Shown: positions 27,411 to 41,457 of the stretch, one piece after another
How the letters are laid out: every line of letters begins with the position of its first letter
How positions within the stretch are numbered: the stretch's first letter is position 1
DNA from: Antedon mediterranea
Taxonomy: Eukaryota > Animalia > Echinodermata
Assembly (NCBI RefSeq): GCF_964355755.1
Contig: NC_092673.1
Location: 25,784,269 to 25,848,268, forward strand
Reading direction: 5' to 3'
Length of the DNA stretch: 64,000 nucleotides
Program-made: the position numbers and the translations under genes
The notes under the pieces: model-generated
What the model was told of the DNA's origin: nothing
Database searches by the model: none
Seen by the model: only the letters and a program-made list of their open reading frames with translations

Positions 27411-30400
27411 ACCATTAAGGTGCTAATATTTCTCCTCGTTTGTTTTACAGGAACGTGTCCCCTGTTATGAGGTGTTTTTATTCCTAGTTGGTTACAAGAA
27501 CGTTAGTTGATCATACCCAGTAATGTATTGATCACGCTATCATTAGAAAAGATTTTTGGACAAAACATTTTTTCCAAGGCAATATCTGTGTATTTATTCC
27601 TTTAAAATGTTATACCCTGATATTATATATTGATTATTATTGTTTTATTATCTGTCTTATTAAAAATAAAAACAAAAACATACTCTAAATCTGAAATACA
27701 TTCAGATCTACAGTAGATCTAGAGGTCGACGGTGACATACGTGTCACTACACTTTGAGAAAGCCAACTGATAGTTTGGCGAAACGTCAGGTAAATAAAAT
27801 AATCGTTTTTTACCATTATTACTATTATGGTTGAGATATAATTAACTATTATATTTTATCTGAAATACATTCAATTTTACACATTTTTAGAAGTTATTTT
27901 AATAATTATTTTGAAAGATCGAGGTACCATGTTTCGAGGAATTCCCATCTGGAAAAAATGTTAATAACTTTAATTAGCCTTTACCATGCTTGTATTGAGT
28001 AATATAGTTAAAGTGTACGTCAATACTACACTTGTGGTTTCTAAAGGGTGGTTGCTAATCTAATTTGGAAATACATAAATCTAAGGAAATGATATTTGGA
28101 AGCAATTGAAAAAGCCCTTCCGCCTCTTTCCTTCCCGGAATTGATAATAAATCTATACCATCGTGTAATTAAAATTATTTAATTTGATTTAATTAATTTT
28201 TTCTATAAAGCATAATTGTAGTTACATTACATTATAAAGTAAATGTATAATTAGATTTGACAGTAACCATCATTCAAAATATCAATTAGTATAACATAGT
28301 ATAATATTTATAGTAATAATAATATTAAATAATATAATAGCATAATAATACAATACGAAATTCCCTTATTGTCCAAGAAAATGAAAATTACTATATGGCT
28401 CATGACTACCACAGAAAAATACTTAAATTATCAGTTATATTTATAAATTATAGTTTAGTTATTCATGTCTTTTTAATTTTTAATATGTTCTGTTTTGTTT
28501 CTTGGACCGCACCGCATATTGTGAGTGCCACTGATTCAAAGGTATGGTAAAAAAATATATAAATAAATATCCTAACTTTAAGTATTTTAAATTATAGTCG
28601 GTCATCCCAGCTGTGCAGGAAGAGGTTTAATGCATTTTGGTCCTCCGCATATAGTATGCCTTTCTATCCATAATTTCATATTTAAAGACTATCTTATACC
28701 ATATTTAAGTGTAGTACAGTTATAGAAACTTTTTCAATGACGACATCAAGTGACCAAACGTTGCGTTCATGATGTCAGTCTGATGCTTGTAGATCATTCA
28801 TCTTTGTAATGTAATGTGACATTTATATAGCGCTATTTCATGAAGATCAGAGCGCTGTGGACTTAGATGTTACACCTTTTCAACAACATTCTTCTCCCCT
28901 AAGGGTCACATCGTGTCATCAGCAGCCAACTGCGATATTAAATGTCCATTTGCATCAAACCAAGAACCAATTGTTTTTAACTCATTGTTTATAGTATCTG
29001 CGAAGACTTGTTCTACCACCAGAACCATGGAGCGAGTGAGCCTTGAACCCTGGCTATGGATTACGGTTCTACTGTCTTAACCACTCGGCTGTGACTCACT
29101 CATCCTCGAGTCTTTGTGCGTGGACCCAACTATGCAATAATCTGCGTAATGGCATTAACAATTTCAGTAGTCAGTTGAAGAAAGAGTTGAAAACTTGTTA
29201 TTTCAAGCAATGTTGTTAGTAAGCACTGCTGATAATGATAGAAATTTGCGCTAAAATGTTAATAGAAGCATTCACTTTGCAAAATACTTTATTGAAAAAT
29301 AGAAAAATATTTAAAATGAATTAAACTAAATGTGAAATAAAATGTTTGTTTTTGTAATTAACTCATGCCTATGGTTTGGAATAATCTTCCGTTTATCAAA
29401 GTTTTTTTTTTTATTTGCTTAGAATAGAATATTTTTATTTATTTATTTGCCAAAAGCGTCGTCATAAATATTCAATTGTAATTAAAAACTTGAGTGTTAT
29501 GGTTATATTGCACTAAATTGGCTATGTTGTCATTTCTTATTTGATTTTGCGTTACAGTAGAACAGTACACAGATTCAGCTATGATGTTGATGTTGTTGTT
29601 ACGTGGGTATAGCTAGGTCAGTAGGAGGTGTTGTACAAATACAAATAGCAATGAAAATCTTCAATATATTCAATATAATTTATTGTTTACTAGTTTACTA
29701 TACAGGAAGTTATAATTGATCTCGACTTCCGGCCAAGCAGTAATTACTGAAAATTATACAGGTACAGTATATTGAATTGTCTATGTTTTCAAATGTTGCT
29801 TTAATTTGCACATCTAGGAGTTGCTCTAGGAGCGAGCGATCCACCTAAATCCAGCTAAAATTATAAATTGTTGACCGACACTATTAGTTTTAGCTGGGGA
29901 GATCAGACTTTCAGTACTGTTGGGCCTAGGCTAGGCTAGGCTCTGGAACAATCTGCCTATACATATTAGAAACTCGACATACAGTTCTAAGTCACTTCTA
30001 AAACTTTTTCTGATTTTTCTTTTTTAATTTTGTGTTACAGTGGTACAGTACATAGATTCGACTATGATGTTGTTACGTGGGTATAGCTAGTTCAGTAGGA
30101 GGTTCCAATTGTTGTTAAAAATGGAACGATTAATAGTATTATCATTAGTAGCATGCGATGTGGCAATGAGAATATTGTGGCAATGTTTATATTGTTTAAT
30201 TGTCTGAAATAATAAATGAATAATAATTTTATTTAAACAAAGAATAATGAAACAAACCTGAAAGGGGGGGGGGGAATCATTTTTATCTCTCCAAAAAAAT
30301 TGATATGAGCGTATAATGATTACATGCATTTAAATAGTTACTAAACAATAGGTTTTTATATTTGTTGAGTGTTGGATGGATGGTCCCACTGTACAGTATA

Positions 30401-33400
30401 TCTACTGGATGCATCTTACTGGTCATTATACACTAAATTTTGTTTAAATGTATTTTTTTTATAAAGGTCAAAGGTGTTTTTGAAAGAGTGAACATTAACC
30501 ATCTTAATAGCCACCGTTAAGACATTTGGGCGACTGTTTTAAAAGAAATTTAAAACAAGTACTGTAGATGCAGGATATCAATTGTATAACTTATCCCACA
30601 CCTTTTAAACTCAAATTTGTAAATTTATAATCTGTTTATACCACGCCTAGAGTTGGGTAACCAAGTGGTTAGGACACTTGACTGTCGTACAGAAAGACCC
30701 AGTTTACTCGGCTGTAAATGAGTACCTGGTTGAAAAGTAATAGAGAAGGACAAAAAGGTGGTGTGTAATGGAACTTAGCACCCTACCACATAATTCCAAG
30801 GCTTAATAAAAATAATAATAATAGTGATAAATACTTTATTTTAACACGGAAATGTTTGTCACCACTAAGGTGTTCTTCTACAAGGCTGTGATCAACTTAT
30901 ACATTACTAATTAAACATTTTTTTTTTTTAAAGAGATAAAAATATATAAACAAAAACTTTACTTTTTACATTTAGGGTTCAAAATAAAATTCTAATTTGT
31001 GGCGTTTTAAATTGGTTTTTCTAGAGTACATTCCATAATCTAGCACCAAGATATGAAAAACTTTTACAATGACCTCCTAAACAGCTCATTTCTATACTAG
31101 AATCTGAACAGGAACTTTTCAATGCAAGGTTCTTTTTATTTTTTGACTTTGTATTCTAATTTACTGTGATTTTTAAATTTAATGTAAACGTGACAATCAT
31201 ACAGTATGACAGTATCTGATCTGGGGGGAGTTTTGGGGGGGTTTTGAAGTAAATTTTTCTCAGAAAACTACTATTTTAAGGAATTTTAAACATGAAATAA
31301 TCGTTGAAAAATGATCACATTGTGATGCTATATGATTGTCAACAATACAATAGAACGGATATAATAAACCAAATCTTTCTATTGTAAAGTAAGAATTTAG
31401 GTAACATTTCATAGAGGATATCCTTCATACATATTTTAAATACCTGAATACTCTACAATATTTAGGCCTACCTTTATTCCTGTAGGATTAAGGATAAAAC
31501 TTTCTTTGTTATACAAGAAATTGACAAAGACATCTAAACTCTTATCACCAAAACTGTAAGTTCAAATGAGGGTGTACTGTATATTATATAGCCACAACAA
31601 ATAAAGGACAGTAGTATTAATTAAAAACAAATGAAGTATTCTATGGGCATTCAGACTTTTGCATACAATTGAAATGGAAAATCCCTATTTAACTAAATAT
31701 TATATTATGAAAATACAATTCAAGTTCTAATGTGGGTGTATTTACCCACAACAAATAATAGGGATAGTAGTACAGTAGTATTCAAATTTAAACACAAATG
31801 AAAGTATGGCATTCCTATGTAATTATACAATTAAAATGGAAAATCCCTATTAAATAACTTAGCTAACAAACTGACAGTTACACATGTGTTGTGGTTGTGA
31901 AAATATTTTTTTTGTTAAACAGGAAGATCTTGGAATTGTTCAAAGTACAATTTACTTTGTTTTATTTATGCATAAAACAAATTAATACTACAGTACACTA
32001 TTTTATCAATGAAACTTGCGTATTTAAAAAAAAATTTACTACAGTACACAGTAAAAGGTAAAGGATACAAACAATTTTGACCTGCTATTAAAGAATAGTA
32101 AGTAGAAATATGCGCCACCTAGCCCTTTAGCCTGCCGTTGCCTGTTAAAGAGCATATACAGTACAAGACTGCAACCTCTTCATGTACTGTAAGTGTCTTT
32201 GTGGCACGGCTCCACATTATCTTAACAAACTTATTAAACCATATGTCCCACTATGCAGAGGTCTTCAATCTAAACGGATCCTTTTACAGCACATAGAACC
32301 AACCTTAAATCCGTGCCTAAGGGCTTCTTTGCACAGGCACCAGAGATCTGGGACCAACTTCCTCCCCTTTTCTAATCAAATCTTTCCTAAAAACTCACCT
32401 ATTTCAATAGTTATTCTTTTCATATTGTGCTGTGAGACTCCTCCGGTAAAGAGCGCTTTATAAATATTTGATATTATCATTATTATTAATCATGACTTAA
32501 TGTAGTCCACTCAGTATCCCCCAAACACGACTTAAATACCTTTATTATTATTATACTTTCTTAGTATACCCTGTATTTTGCAAGATATTTCTATCCAATG
32601 TGTTGAAATAAAGAGATTTAAGACAAATAGAAACTTACAGTATAATAGTACATTGTTTTTCATTATACAGAAGTACTGTATTAATTGTTTTATAATTAAA
32701 TAATAAATTATAATAATAAAGATTATTAATATTATTCCAGTAGTCTAGTAAATCTGAAACAAATAAATAATAAATAATAAATGCAATGTTTACTATAATC
32801 CCTGGTTCAACAACCTCTCATTTATGGGAGTCTTCACAATTTAATGATCGAAACAAATAATACCATATTAGGCATCATACCAAAAAGAGAAATAAACTTT
32901 AGTTTCATTTTCATAATATTATTCTTAAATTTATTGGAATTGTACCATGATCTTTTTATACAAAATCATGATAAAATATTGTTTTTCTTCTTTTTTTTTA
33001 TTGAAAATATTATTAGCATGATTACAGCTGTTTTGTGAGTTCTATCATCCATCCTTTTGCACTGAAAGTTGCTCTCCAATTTACACTACAGTTAACAAGT
33101 TCCTGGTCTTTTAGGAATTCATACCATTATTTATCAAAGATTCTGCAGTAAGTTTTTCTCTAAAACACATCTCTAAATCAGTCACTCCACATTGATTAAA
33201 AGTATAATACTACACTATTTATTAATTTAATATTTTTATCATGAAATTAAAAAAAAATAAAAATTGTAAATAGTGCTTTTCATAATTACCAAATTTTTAT
33301 ATTTTTCATTGAGTCATAGTGGCCTAGGTTGCTTTTGTTTTTCCTGATTTTTGGGGGGTTTTTTTGGTCAAATAAATTAATGAAATTAAAATTAATTGTT

Positions 33401-35041
33401 AATAATTAGAAATTGTATAATATATTGCAAAAAAAAAAAATTTATAGTATGTCTTCTTACTTTATTTAAGCATGTACTATTACTTCATTTGATAATGTAT
33501 TGTTTATAATAATAATAATTAAATATTTATTTTAAAACGGTGGCTCCTTTGAAAGTTTTCATGGCGGAATGATATGTTGATATAAAGTTTGCGTTACATC
33601 ACATACTGTATATAGTTTTGAAAAGAACTGTTGAGTTTCTCTAGGAATAATAATATGCCTAGAATATTCTATGCTAAGACCAAAAAGAACCCCCTGAAAT
33701 TACAGTAGTGCAATTATAAATTATGACTAAATACAATTAGTCGACTTGATTCTGAGAATGTCATAATTTTCTCACCTCCCAAATGAAGTAATTAGATATT
33801 AAGGTATTTTAAATTAGGGTGTTATGTAAATTGAATTAAAATTTAATAGAATTGCAATGCTATGCCAACCCAATATTGTTTAAATTGTTTTGATTGGTTA
33901 ATAGGATCATTTTGTGGTAGGACACGCCTATTATACCAAATCCTAAACAAATACATACAGTACATAACACACAATACATCACACCATTTTATTACCGGTA
34001 ATAGTACAATGGAAGGTATTTGAGGATATAAGTTTATCAAAAGATAGTATCAAAATGTACTTTTCAACAATTGTCTCATATTCTAGTTCCAGGACACACC
34101 CTTTGATGAGGTGATCTTAAACCAAATTCTAGAATTTTCTGAAGACCATAACAAACATTACACCATCACAAAAATATGGTATGATGTGAGCAAAATTAAT
34201 CTTGGTATATAAATTGAAATCGTTACAATTGTCTTGTGGGTGACCACTCCCATTAATGAGGATGTTAGGTGAATCAATATTTTAGCATCCTAAAGTGGGT
34301 CACACGATGACTGAAATCGCACCAGAGGTTTAGGTCATACGATATCGCACCAGAGGTTTAGGCCACATCTTGTAATGAGGTTATAGTTTTTAACAAAAAC
34401 TGCTAAACATATGATTAAAATGTTTTAAACAAATGTTTGTGGTGCCTACCACATATTTACAGTACCGCATTTCTAAGAAAATCATCTAATTTATTAATTA
34501 AGGAGGATTAGGAATAGCTATACATATGTATACTCTATTGTTAAAATATGAGCATGATATTAATAGAACCTAGGTTGATTGAATAATTAGAACTATTACA
34601 TCACATGTGACATTTATAACAATAAATCACGTCATGAAAATCATATAGCACAATGGGAGCTTAATACTTGGAGTGTGGGATGTGTCTATTGACTGGGGTC
34701 ATTGCCTACAACCATTCACATCAGTGTATGATCTGATTTTAAATAGAGGTTGGACTTAACCTTTAGATTGCCTTTTACATTGTCCAGACACCATAGTTGC
34801 ATACACACTGAACAATCATATCGCTCGTAAAAAAAAAATAACACTATTTTCCCTATTCAACTTATTATTTTTATGGTATTATATGAGCATTCTTCATTTT
34901 ATTTATTTAACCTTATTTATAGAGGGTGATCCAAAACATGCTGACAATCTAGGGGCCCTCATAACCCTAGTTTATCCTCCTGACTGTGGTGGTCTGGAAA
35001 TCATGGGTTTGAGTCCCACTTTTTGATGCTGCTTGTATCCT

Positions 35042-35183
35042 TAAGCTATATCTACACTATCAAACTAGTTTGACAAACAAAGTGTAATGTTCCCAAATAT
35101 GGTAGTGATATGACATCATGTCCATATATGGAAACATCACATTTTTTTGTCACATAAAGTTTGATAGTGTAGACAGAGCTTTA
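35042..35183. mobile_element. Family-A MITE copy nested inside a SINE2 copy.
   Basis: It interrupts the SINE2 sequence gcttgtatcctta|..|gacaagatactttac. The uninterrupted SINE2 at 52540-52560 shows the same empty site. Confidence 0.75.
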
Positions 35184-36224
35184 GACAAGATACTTTACTT
35201 ATGTTTGCCTCTCTCCACCCAGGTGTATAAATGGGTACCTGGTTAGATAAAGACACAACTTTGTGCTGATCTAGCTGCATTATTATGAGAGTATATTTCC
35301 ATACGTGTTTGATTAAAAAAAAGAATGACTGGGGTAATAATGTTCAGTGCTTAGAGGTTTCACAACATTAGGCGCTATATAAATCTATGATATTATTATT
35401 ATACTACATACTGAGCAAGTACATTTTGCATGTCAAAATGCACTCCATACAGTATATCATTATTTCTTTGCTGGACACACTGCTTATTGAATTAAGGGTA
35501 TGTGGCACAGTGTGTTTCTTTGTCAAGAGACTTGCCTCTTTCCGCCCAGTTGTATATGGGTACCCAGTAGGGTCTAAAATCACAATTGCACTGATTACTA
35601 GCTGCATACTGTATTTATGAGAGCAGTTCCTACATGTTTGATCCAATGACCGAGGGAATTATTAATATGAAGTGCTTAAAAGCTTTGAGCATTAAGCGTT
35701 ATATAAGATTGATATTAAATCCCCATCTGTACTGTAGGTAGTATGATTCCAGGCTAGTGATATGTATATTGTTGCTATGTTTTCAATCATAACAATTTTC
35801 CTTTTTAAAAATAAATCACAAACAATAGTATGATTATTTAATGCTATTGTATTGCTGGGAGGTGAGGTGGTCCAGAAGGCTATTCTCTTGTTGTAAATAG
35901 TACACAAATCACACCCCTTATCAAAATATTTTGAAATTTGATAGTTCTGTGTTTTGGTGATGAATAACAAAAGAATCACAATTTTAACATTCAAGAGGAA
36001 CTAAATCACGGAATTTCCAAATCAAACGCACATTCTTATATTTTCAAAGATATTTTGTTGGGTGTTACATCAGGCGTATAATTTGTCAATAGTATGACCA
36101 GGTTGATATTTCATTTGCACCTTCAGGGGCTTTTTAACAAAAGATTGGTACATGACTCATACTACTATCAAACCCTGGTAGACAGAAAGAACGCTCTCTT
36201 TATTCCCTTCTTTTACACCTATAG

Positions 36225-36293
36225 TTTTGGCTGATGCAAACTTTCCTTCAAGTTCAATATGCAAATCAGGACCAATCCTTATACGTGCAGACG
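36225..36293 (+). CDS. FUOM: FUOM exon 2 (VLADANFPSSSICKSGPILIRAD).
   Basis: Acceptor cctatag|ttttgg and donor gacg|gtaagag. The join to exon 1 gives ...GDEIVLADANFP, matching human EIVLADLNFP. ORF 36227..36433 is in this frame. Confidence 0.85.
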
Positions 36294-36786
36294 GTAAGAG
36301 GTATCTTGTTTTTTTTTCTATTTTTAGCAAATTTTGTGTCTTCATGTTGACATCATATTTCAAATTATCCATGCCATTCGATTGGTTGATTACATATCAT
36401 GCATTATTTGAATACATCCCGATTGGAAGTTAATTTTTTTGTTAGAAATATTTGTTTACAAAGCTAATATAGGATTATGAATTTTTTTAATAATGTAAAG
36501 TGCGCCATCTACAATATAACAGCTATTCGCTGCCAAATAATGAATGCCATATTTATTTATGAGTCTTCAACATTCGATTCAAGATGGAAGCAGTGGTGGC
36601 GCCAGAATGTGCCTCCGCCGGAGGTCGAAGGGGTGGCATGTTTGCCAAGCATCCATTTGCTGGATTATAATTAGACATTCTCCTCTTAATCCATAAGGCA
36701 TGGATTATATTACACCACATTGTATGAGCAATGCTGTAGCTTTGTTTAGTTCTTAAATTTGAATTTAAAACATTTTTTTTTAATAG

Positions 36787-36857
36787 GCAATGATATTCCA
36801 GGCCTTCTGAAGGCAATTTTGACACTTCTACCATTAGACACCTATGTCGATCAACCT
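36787..36857 (+). CDS. FUOM: FUOM exon 3 (GNDIPGLLKAILTLLPLDTYVDQP).
   Basis: Acceptor taatag|gcaatg and donor cct|gtaagt. Matches human GLGIPQLLEAVLKLLPLDTYVESP. Confidence 0.85.
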
Positions 36858-39800
36858 GTAAGTGTGATCTTGTGCATTTGATCATATATTAAACTATTTT
36901 AATTTCACGACATGCCACTAGACTACCACATTTAGTAGTAATCAATCACAGTCCTACCATATAAGTGGTAATCCCCCACACACATATATTTCTGAGAATT
37001 ATGTTTTGATGCAATAGCTACAGTATAGCCTTGTAGTTATTCTTGACATTCGAAAATTGTTACTGTAGCATTAGGTAGACTTGTAATGGAATAAAGTAAA
37101 GTAAACAATATCAATTTGTACCGTAAATTTTAAAATGTATTAAATTATTCTGAGCGGCCAAACCTAATTTAATTTTAACTACTGCTGCTTTTTCAATTAT
37201 CTAAATTTGCAGAAATATCATACCCTGAAATAGTATAGCAATTTTTTGTTAGTACCCATGAGAGTACTTATGTACTTAAAATGGTTTGTTGAGCTTAAGA
37301 TTTATACCATAAAAAACTAAATATTGATCTTATTTTAGGTGAATTCTAACTCGGTCAAGCTCTTTCTACACTATCAAACTAGTTTTTAAAAAGAAGTGTG
37401 ATGTGCCCAAATATGGTAGTGATGTGCCCAAATATGTATACCTTTATAATAAAAAAACAGCATTTAAAACATAAGAATAAGTAACAAATATACGTTTTAT
37501 TTTTAATGGGATCATTTCAATTAGGCCTGGATTGAAACAAAAAAAAAATGATTTCTAGTTAATCTTATAAAGTAACATATATGTGTTCATAAACTAATAT
37601 TCATTACTTAAATTACTATTAAAAACAATTTTTTTTTTATATAATAATAAATATAACATATATCCGGTAGTAAATAGTTAATTATCAGTCTATTAGTATT
37701 TTAGGAAAAGCTATAAATACGCATTTTTACAAGCTTATAGATATTGAACAAATATAATAAGTGTTTGTTTATGAGTCTATTATTTGTATTAAAATTCCCT
37801 AATTTTTCAGGAAAAGTACACATACACACTTACTGTTTGTGTGTAGGATGTTAATGATTATTCTGTTTAAACTCTGGATAATATTTTGTTATAGTATAAA
37901 TGTACACATCTATTCTGTTTGTTTGGAAGTATATTGTAGTATTGGTGGATGTTAGGAAGTTTAAATTTAATTTAGTATACTGGCAGGGCAGATCAAGGAT
38001 TTTCTTTTAATATGAAAAGCTAAGATAATAGATATAAAAAAAAGTAGTGCATAATGTCATTTTAGCTGTCAAAGGGGTATGCGCATGACACAAACGCTAC
38101 CCCTTTGCAGGGGTTATTCACCAACCTTCAGTTTGGGATGGTAAATGAAGGTAGGTTGTAACAGGTTTGGAAATGTCTCCTTCGTCTACAGTTCCAAAAC
38201 GAAACAGTATGTCATACTTTGCATTGTGATAAGGTGAAAAAGTTAAAGAAAAGAAAATAAACTGTAAATGTATGCAAAAAAAAGATACAATAGAAATTAC
38301 CAAATGTGTCAATCCTCCATACTGTGACAGTTTATTGAAATTGGAACAAAATCAGGGACAAATTTGAAGAAAAGAAAACTTTCAGTTGATTAAATCCAGT
38401 GACTCATTCATATCTATAAATGTATTTAACTATACAACAGGAACAATATAAGTGTGTCAAGCCTGTATTTCGATTGTTTGCAGGTTTTTAGGAAGTGTGT
38501 GTAGGTAAAAGGAAAACATAATATAAATATTTTGATTAAGCACTGTTCTGTCAGACGCAGTTAGTCAATTAGATTCTTGGAATACGATTAGGTGTAAGGG
38601 ACTATTGGTATACTCCTACGCCAGTCATTGAACCCATTGTATTTTGTATATTAAGAAAATAGAATATAAGCTTCATGTGGAAAAAACTTATTCAATTACT
38701 AATTTAACCTTTAAAATTAGTGTGAATAATAGTAAATACCTGTACTATCACTCTATCATGACACTTCCGGGCTGGGTGGTATCAGGTCCACCCCCTTGAT
38801 CAATGGACCAGATGCCTGCATGAGTTGACCTTGTTATTTATTATGACAATGCAATATTACTATTTAATGAAATGGGTAAATAAAAAAAAAGAATTGGTAT
38901 ATTGGCATATACTGTAGGTACTGCTGATAAAGTATCATATTTGAGTGACCTCTGTATTAACAACTATAATATGTTGATTCCTATTAAAAGTTATGAAATA
39001 TGTTTTACCAGGAAGAGTTAAATTTATTTCACTCTTCACTGGTTTTACATCCCATACATTGCATTTGTTACTGCTGGAAAAGTTCTGGAAATTGACTACA
39101 AAGGCATTATAAGTTATATCAATTTGTGTTTTTACAATATAGTAAAACCCGTCCTTTGGAACACCCCTATGCAAGAGACACCACAAAAGGAACAATTTCC
39201 CATGAGGAGCAAAATACTTTTTAATTTAGAGGACACTACACTCTATAAAGAAATATTTGGGTCCTGAGGGTATCCCCATAATAGTTGTTCTAATGTACAT
39301 TACCACAGTAACCATTCCTAACTCAATCCTATAGTTTGCCCTGATGGGATCAAATATATCTGAATCCAACCAATCTAGATGCTGTTCCTCTTCATATGTT
39401 TGAGTATGGTAGCCAGAATTTAGATTGTACGAAGATAATGTTTCTTTGAAATGTTTACACTGGTAAATTACTTTATGTTTGATCAAGGATATAGACAAAT
39501 ACTATTCATTAATTCACAAGTACAGTAGTTAACCAGTAAAATCCCTATGTTATGAATGATATTTCTGTAGCGCTTTAAAAGGGAACTTATTTTAGAACAC
39601 TCTTTCTGCTTTACCACCCATGACGAATAAAGTGGAGTTTATAGTTATTATCAATTGTGTAGCAAAGCTTTATATTTATATTTTATAATAAGCAAGAACC
39701 TTTTAATACCTAGAGTCACCCTTTAATAAATGTACATTTTAGACATACCCTTCTTTTTGGGCATCTCTACTCAAGGAACATTCCTAGTAAGGTCGTTAAT

Positions 39801-40100
39801 AATAAGGATTCTACTGTTCATTATCATAGGTATTGTTCTTTTTATTGTCATCAAAAAGACGTGGCAATTATCATAAGGGCGTGTGGCGCAGTTTGTTGGA
39901 CGTTGGTTTAATGATCGTGAAGTCATGGGTTCAAATCCAACACTGATTATTAGCTGCATTAATGGGAATATGTTTACATACATTTTTGATGCCAAAAATT
40001 GAATAAAATGGGTTAATGTCTAATAACATTATGCACTTTATATAACTCCAGGATATTATTATGAAATAAAATGAACACAATCTTCATATTTTAATTTCAG

Positions 40101-40202
40101 GCAGTGGTGATGCAGTTAGTGGATAGTGATGCTCAGCGACAGTTAAAAACCCCTGTTTGGGAAATATATAAAGAAATGTTAACAGAGGCAGAAGGTAGAC
40201 AG
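40101..40202 (+). CDS. FUOM: FUOM exon 4 (AVVMQLVDSDAQRQLKTPVWEIYKEMLTEAEGRQ).
   Basis: Acceptor tttcag|gca and donor cag|gtaata. Matches human AAVMELVPSDKERGLQTPVWTEYESIL. Confidence 0.8.
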
Positions 40203-41070
40203 GTAATAATAATATCAACTTTTCCCTGTTTACTGTGATAAGGAATGTCACATGAAATTAAGATTATAATATCCAGTAGTTTCTATGAAGGGATGGATGA
40301 GTCATGCACCTTTGTAGTGCATGCATAATATTATACTGTCCTCCTCTTCTTCTCATGTGTCAGTGCTTCCTCTCTCCCATATGCCTCGCCTGTATCCCCG
40401 GGTATTACACGTACCTCACATCATTCACTACCTCCTGCCTCGCATATGGTAGTGCCTTATCTCTTGCATAAGGAATACCTTCTCCCTTACATATGGAATG
40501 CTTCTCCTTACATATGGATTGCCCACTACAATGATAAGTAGGCACATTCTTCAGTGGGAGATGGAACACTTGACCTGATTTTAAGTACAGTATTGTAATA
40601 GCGGAAATTTAATCTGTTTATTGACCACTGATCAATAAAAACAATTTATTTCTGATGACTTTACCACAAAATGAGACATTGTTTTTAATGTGACCTTCAG
40701 TTTACTATGTAATAATTGTTTATATAGTAGTAGGGGGAAAAAAGATATCATTTTAGAACAATGTGTGATTTTTAGTTGTTTATTTATTAACAAATATTAA
40801 TAAATGTTCCTGTTTTCTGTTCTGTATTTCTAATCTTGAAATGTTTGTATTTCTTCTAGATAATAATTCAGATTATTAGAAAATGCAGTAGGGTCTATAA
40901 ACCCACCCCTTGTTGCACTTTCCCATAATAAACATTAATATATAATCTTTAAAACACCATAATATTCAGAATGAAAATGTCTTACTATTTATACACAAAA
41001 TAAATTCAATAGTGAATCAGTAGTGTCTAATTTCAATTAATTGTTTTGATTTGTATTTTTCTATTTCTAG

Positions 41071-41144
41071 ATAGAATTGAGAAAGGTTGAACGATTCAAG
41101 TTTTATGATCGAGCACGAACAGCTTTTGCTGTTGTAGCAACAGG
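41071..41144 (+). CDS. FUOM: FUOM exon 5 (IELRKVERFKFYDRARTAFAVVATG).
   Basis: Acceptor tttctag|ata and donor agg|gtattt. Matches human IERFEFYERAKKAFAVVATGE. Confidence 0.8.
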
Positions 41145-41396
41145 GTATTTAGAATTTTCTCAAAAAGTATTTTCTATTTAATTTATTTAATAATTAACAT
41201 TGTTATTATATTTGTTGTCATTAACTTGAATAGTACTTTATCAAATAATAGTAATAGTTGCAGGGGCTACACTTGATTAGCTAATTGCAATTTCCTAATC
41301 AAATATTATTATTATGTACAATGAAATTTATTTTACTATTCTCCATATTGTCTTTAGTTTTTTTTAATTTAATTTTTGGTTTTTGTTTAATTTCAG

Positions 41397-41457
41397 AGAA
41401 AAGGCTTTGTATGGTAATCTGATTTTGAAGAAAGGTGTCATATCCTCTTCACAATGA
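41397..41457 (+). CDS. FUOM: FUOM terminal exon (EKALYGNLILKKGVISSSQ*). The stop codon TGA is at 41455-41457.
   Basis: Acceptor tttcag|aga. Matches human ETALYGNLILRKGV. A polyA signal AATAAA lies about 170 bp downstream. Confidence 0.8.

Noticed and set aside
36553-36885. 110-aa minus-strand ORF overlapping FUOM exon 3.
   Set aside because: It is antisense to a well-supported FUOM exon and intron. Its open frame is a by-product of the coding exon's codon structure and has no independent support.
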